Virus record (IMG/VR): IMGVR_UViG_3300032318_001198
Span: 1 to 56,804 of that record
DNA: 56,804 nt
Reading direction: 5' to 3' (one strand)
Source: a virus
Taxonomy: Duplodnaviria > Caudoviricetes
The notes beneath the pieces were generated by a model. That model was not told the DNA's origin and searched no databases. It worked only from the letters and a program-made list of their open reading frames with translations. The stretch's first letter is position 1; every line of letters starts with the position of its first letter. The position numbers were made by a program, and so were the translations under genes. This document shows, piece after piece, positions 55,413-56,804 of this stretch.

Positions 55413-56060
55413 CTAAAGCTCAGAGTAGCATTTCTCGACACAAGACTTAATTGTGTCAGTTGAAGTTTCAGTTCCAATCGTTTCCCCTAGTTTCTTAACT
55501 TTTGCAATAAAAGAGTCGTGCTCCTCATTTGTCAGATATATGGGAACGAGTCTGATTGCTGATGGCGGAGGTGTAAAATCTCCCTCTAGGTCTGGAACCT
55601 CTCCTTTCCCTGCTTGTTCTATGTCCAGTTCGAGTGCCCCCTTCGGGATGGTCTGTGACATAAGGCGGGAAAGCTCCGCATTTGAGAATCCAGTTACTTC
55701 GATGTCCAAGTCGGAATTGTCGATTTGATCGAGCAAGTCCTTAAGGGCTGGAATGTCGAACTCACCCGAGAGATGGTTAAGGGCGAGGTTCGCTGCTCTT
55801 TCCTTTTCCAAGGGCAAGTCCACCACCCACGCTTCGATGGAGTCCCTTCCCATAGCTTGATATATTTTAAGCCTTTGATGTCCTCCAATAATTGTATTTC
55901 CAGTCCTTGCGTTGATCGTGATTGGTTGTAGGTCTCCAAGCTCTGATATCGACTTCGTAAGTCTCCCGAGTTGCTCGTTAGTAATCTTACGAGGATTGTA
56001 AGTAGCCCCCTTGATTTCACTTATCTTAATTTTCTTTAGAAGTGGGTATTCCGTTTTCAT
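55413..56060 (-). CDS. ParB-like N-terminal domain protein
   Basis: YNPRKI, PI.IN.RTG..IGGHQR, E...NLALN. Confidence 0.85.
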   Translation of the reverse strand: MKTEYPLLKKIKISEIKGATYNPRKITNEQLGRLTKSISELGDLQPITINARTGNTIIGGHQRLKIYQAMGRDSIEAWVVDLPLEKERAANLALNHLSGEFDIPALKDLLDQIDNSDLDIEVTGFSNAELSRLMSQTIPKGALELDIEQAGKGEVPDLEGDFTPPPSAIRLVPIYLTNEEHDSFIAKVKKLGETIGTETSTDTIKSCVEKCYSEL

Positions 56061-56742
56061 CTATAGTAGGCTTGATTGTTTTGTCGATTTCGTCAAGCGA
56101 AGACTCATTAACCCTTTCGCCGAACGCTCCCTTAGTTTTATGGATGATCGCAATAATCCTATCGACTCCTTCCTGCATCGCTTCCTTAGCAAGTTCGGGG
56201 TCAGAGGGATTTGCCCTTCGGCACACAGAAGATGGCAACCCTTCCATCAAAGCTCTGATGGTGCTCATATAGCGGGACATTATGTTTTTGGCTAAGTCAG
56301 TCCCAATCGTCTGACCAGTACTCCTCTGCAACTGCTCGACTCGAGTTTCCGCAGTTAGCCTTCCCATTACGCTTTCCTTGTGAGCTTTCACTAGGTTCGG
56401 AAGTCTGGCGTGGTCTCGATTTACTTGTGCTTGGTGAAGGATGGCATAAGCGACTTTCTCGCTTTGCTTTGATCTAGCTAGGCAACCATAGATATCGTCT
56501 CTCATTAGGTCGCTCGCCTCAGCCTGCGTATCTTCGGGAAGACTTTTCTCAACGTCGTCGTTGTACCCTTCCAATCCAATTTTGATTGGGGGCTTTATCC
56601 TGTGAGCCTCCATCCACTCAGTAGCTATTTCGATTGAGTCAGTAGGCATCCCCTTCATCCTCAACTTGTTTACGTACTGGCGAGTGCAACCCCAAGCCTC
56701 AGCAATCTTGATTATGCTGACTTTACCATCTGGATTAGACAT
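56026..56742 (-). CDS. terS: Terminase small subunit (Nu1-like)
   Basis: N-terminal wHTH (IAEAWGCTRQYVNKL...GMP), coiled coil, first gene after terminal repeat. Confidence 0.75.
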   Translation of the reverse strand: MSNPDGKVSIIKIAEAWGCTRQYVNKLRMKGMPTDSIEIATEWMEAHRIKPPIKIGLEGYNDDVEKSLPEDTQAEASDLMRDDIYGCLARSKQSEKVAYAILHQAQVNRDHARLPNLVKAHKESVMGRLTAETRVEQLQRSTGQTIGTDLAKNIMSRYMSTIRALMEGLPSSVCRRANPSDPELAKEAMQEGVDRIIAIIHKTKGAFGERVNESSLDEIDKTIKPTIDENGIPTSKEN

Positions 56743-56790
56743 AAGTGTAAACCCTTACCTATAAAACACTACACGTTAAGACTCTTATCG

Positions 56791-56804
56791 CGGCTTCGCC
56801 ACCC
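56791..56804. repeat. Right copy of 14-bp terminal direct repeat
   Basis: Identical to 1-14; 48 bp upstream of terS. Confidence 0.85.

Noticed and set aside
2203-56295. Most plus-strand ORFs in the track
   Set aside because: Lie opposite well-supported minus-strand genes and lack motifs; only 15329..15679 kept
1-56804. Prophage or lysogeny module
   Set aside because: No integrase, CI-like repressor, ParA or flanking host genes recognised

Overview
Apparently complete 56.8-kb tailed dsDNA phage genome (siphovirus-like, lambda-type head module), almost entirely on the minus strand and bounded by a 14-bp direct terminal repeat resembling lambda cosN. Reading the minus strand from the right end: TerS, ParB-like protein, TET/JBP dioxygenase, TerL (GpA), gpW-like, portal, two large modular effector proteins (ART, zeta-kinase and other domains separated by a repeated YDPxQxRDxxGxW motif), an inserted early-type cassette (P-loop kinase, amidoligase, glutamine amidotransferase, a structured small RNA), protease/scaffold, cement, major capsid, a six-gene glycosylation cluster, a tail module with three tandem paralog pairs and a -1 frameshift, a second glycosyl/sulfo-transferase cluster, lysis genes, and an early/replication region (DUF932, ERF, exonuclease, initiator, HNH, histone-fold protein, Mom/DUF4338-like). 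No integrase, DNA polymerase or CRISPR array seen. Most notable: putative capsid-loaded, protease-processed effector polyproteins; a tRNA-Gly-like fold covering a start codon; a three-way-junction sRNA; two distinct promoter classes (operator-overlapped leaderless early promoters, and TTGACA-N13-17-ATG late motifs). All family calls are by motif recognition, not database search.
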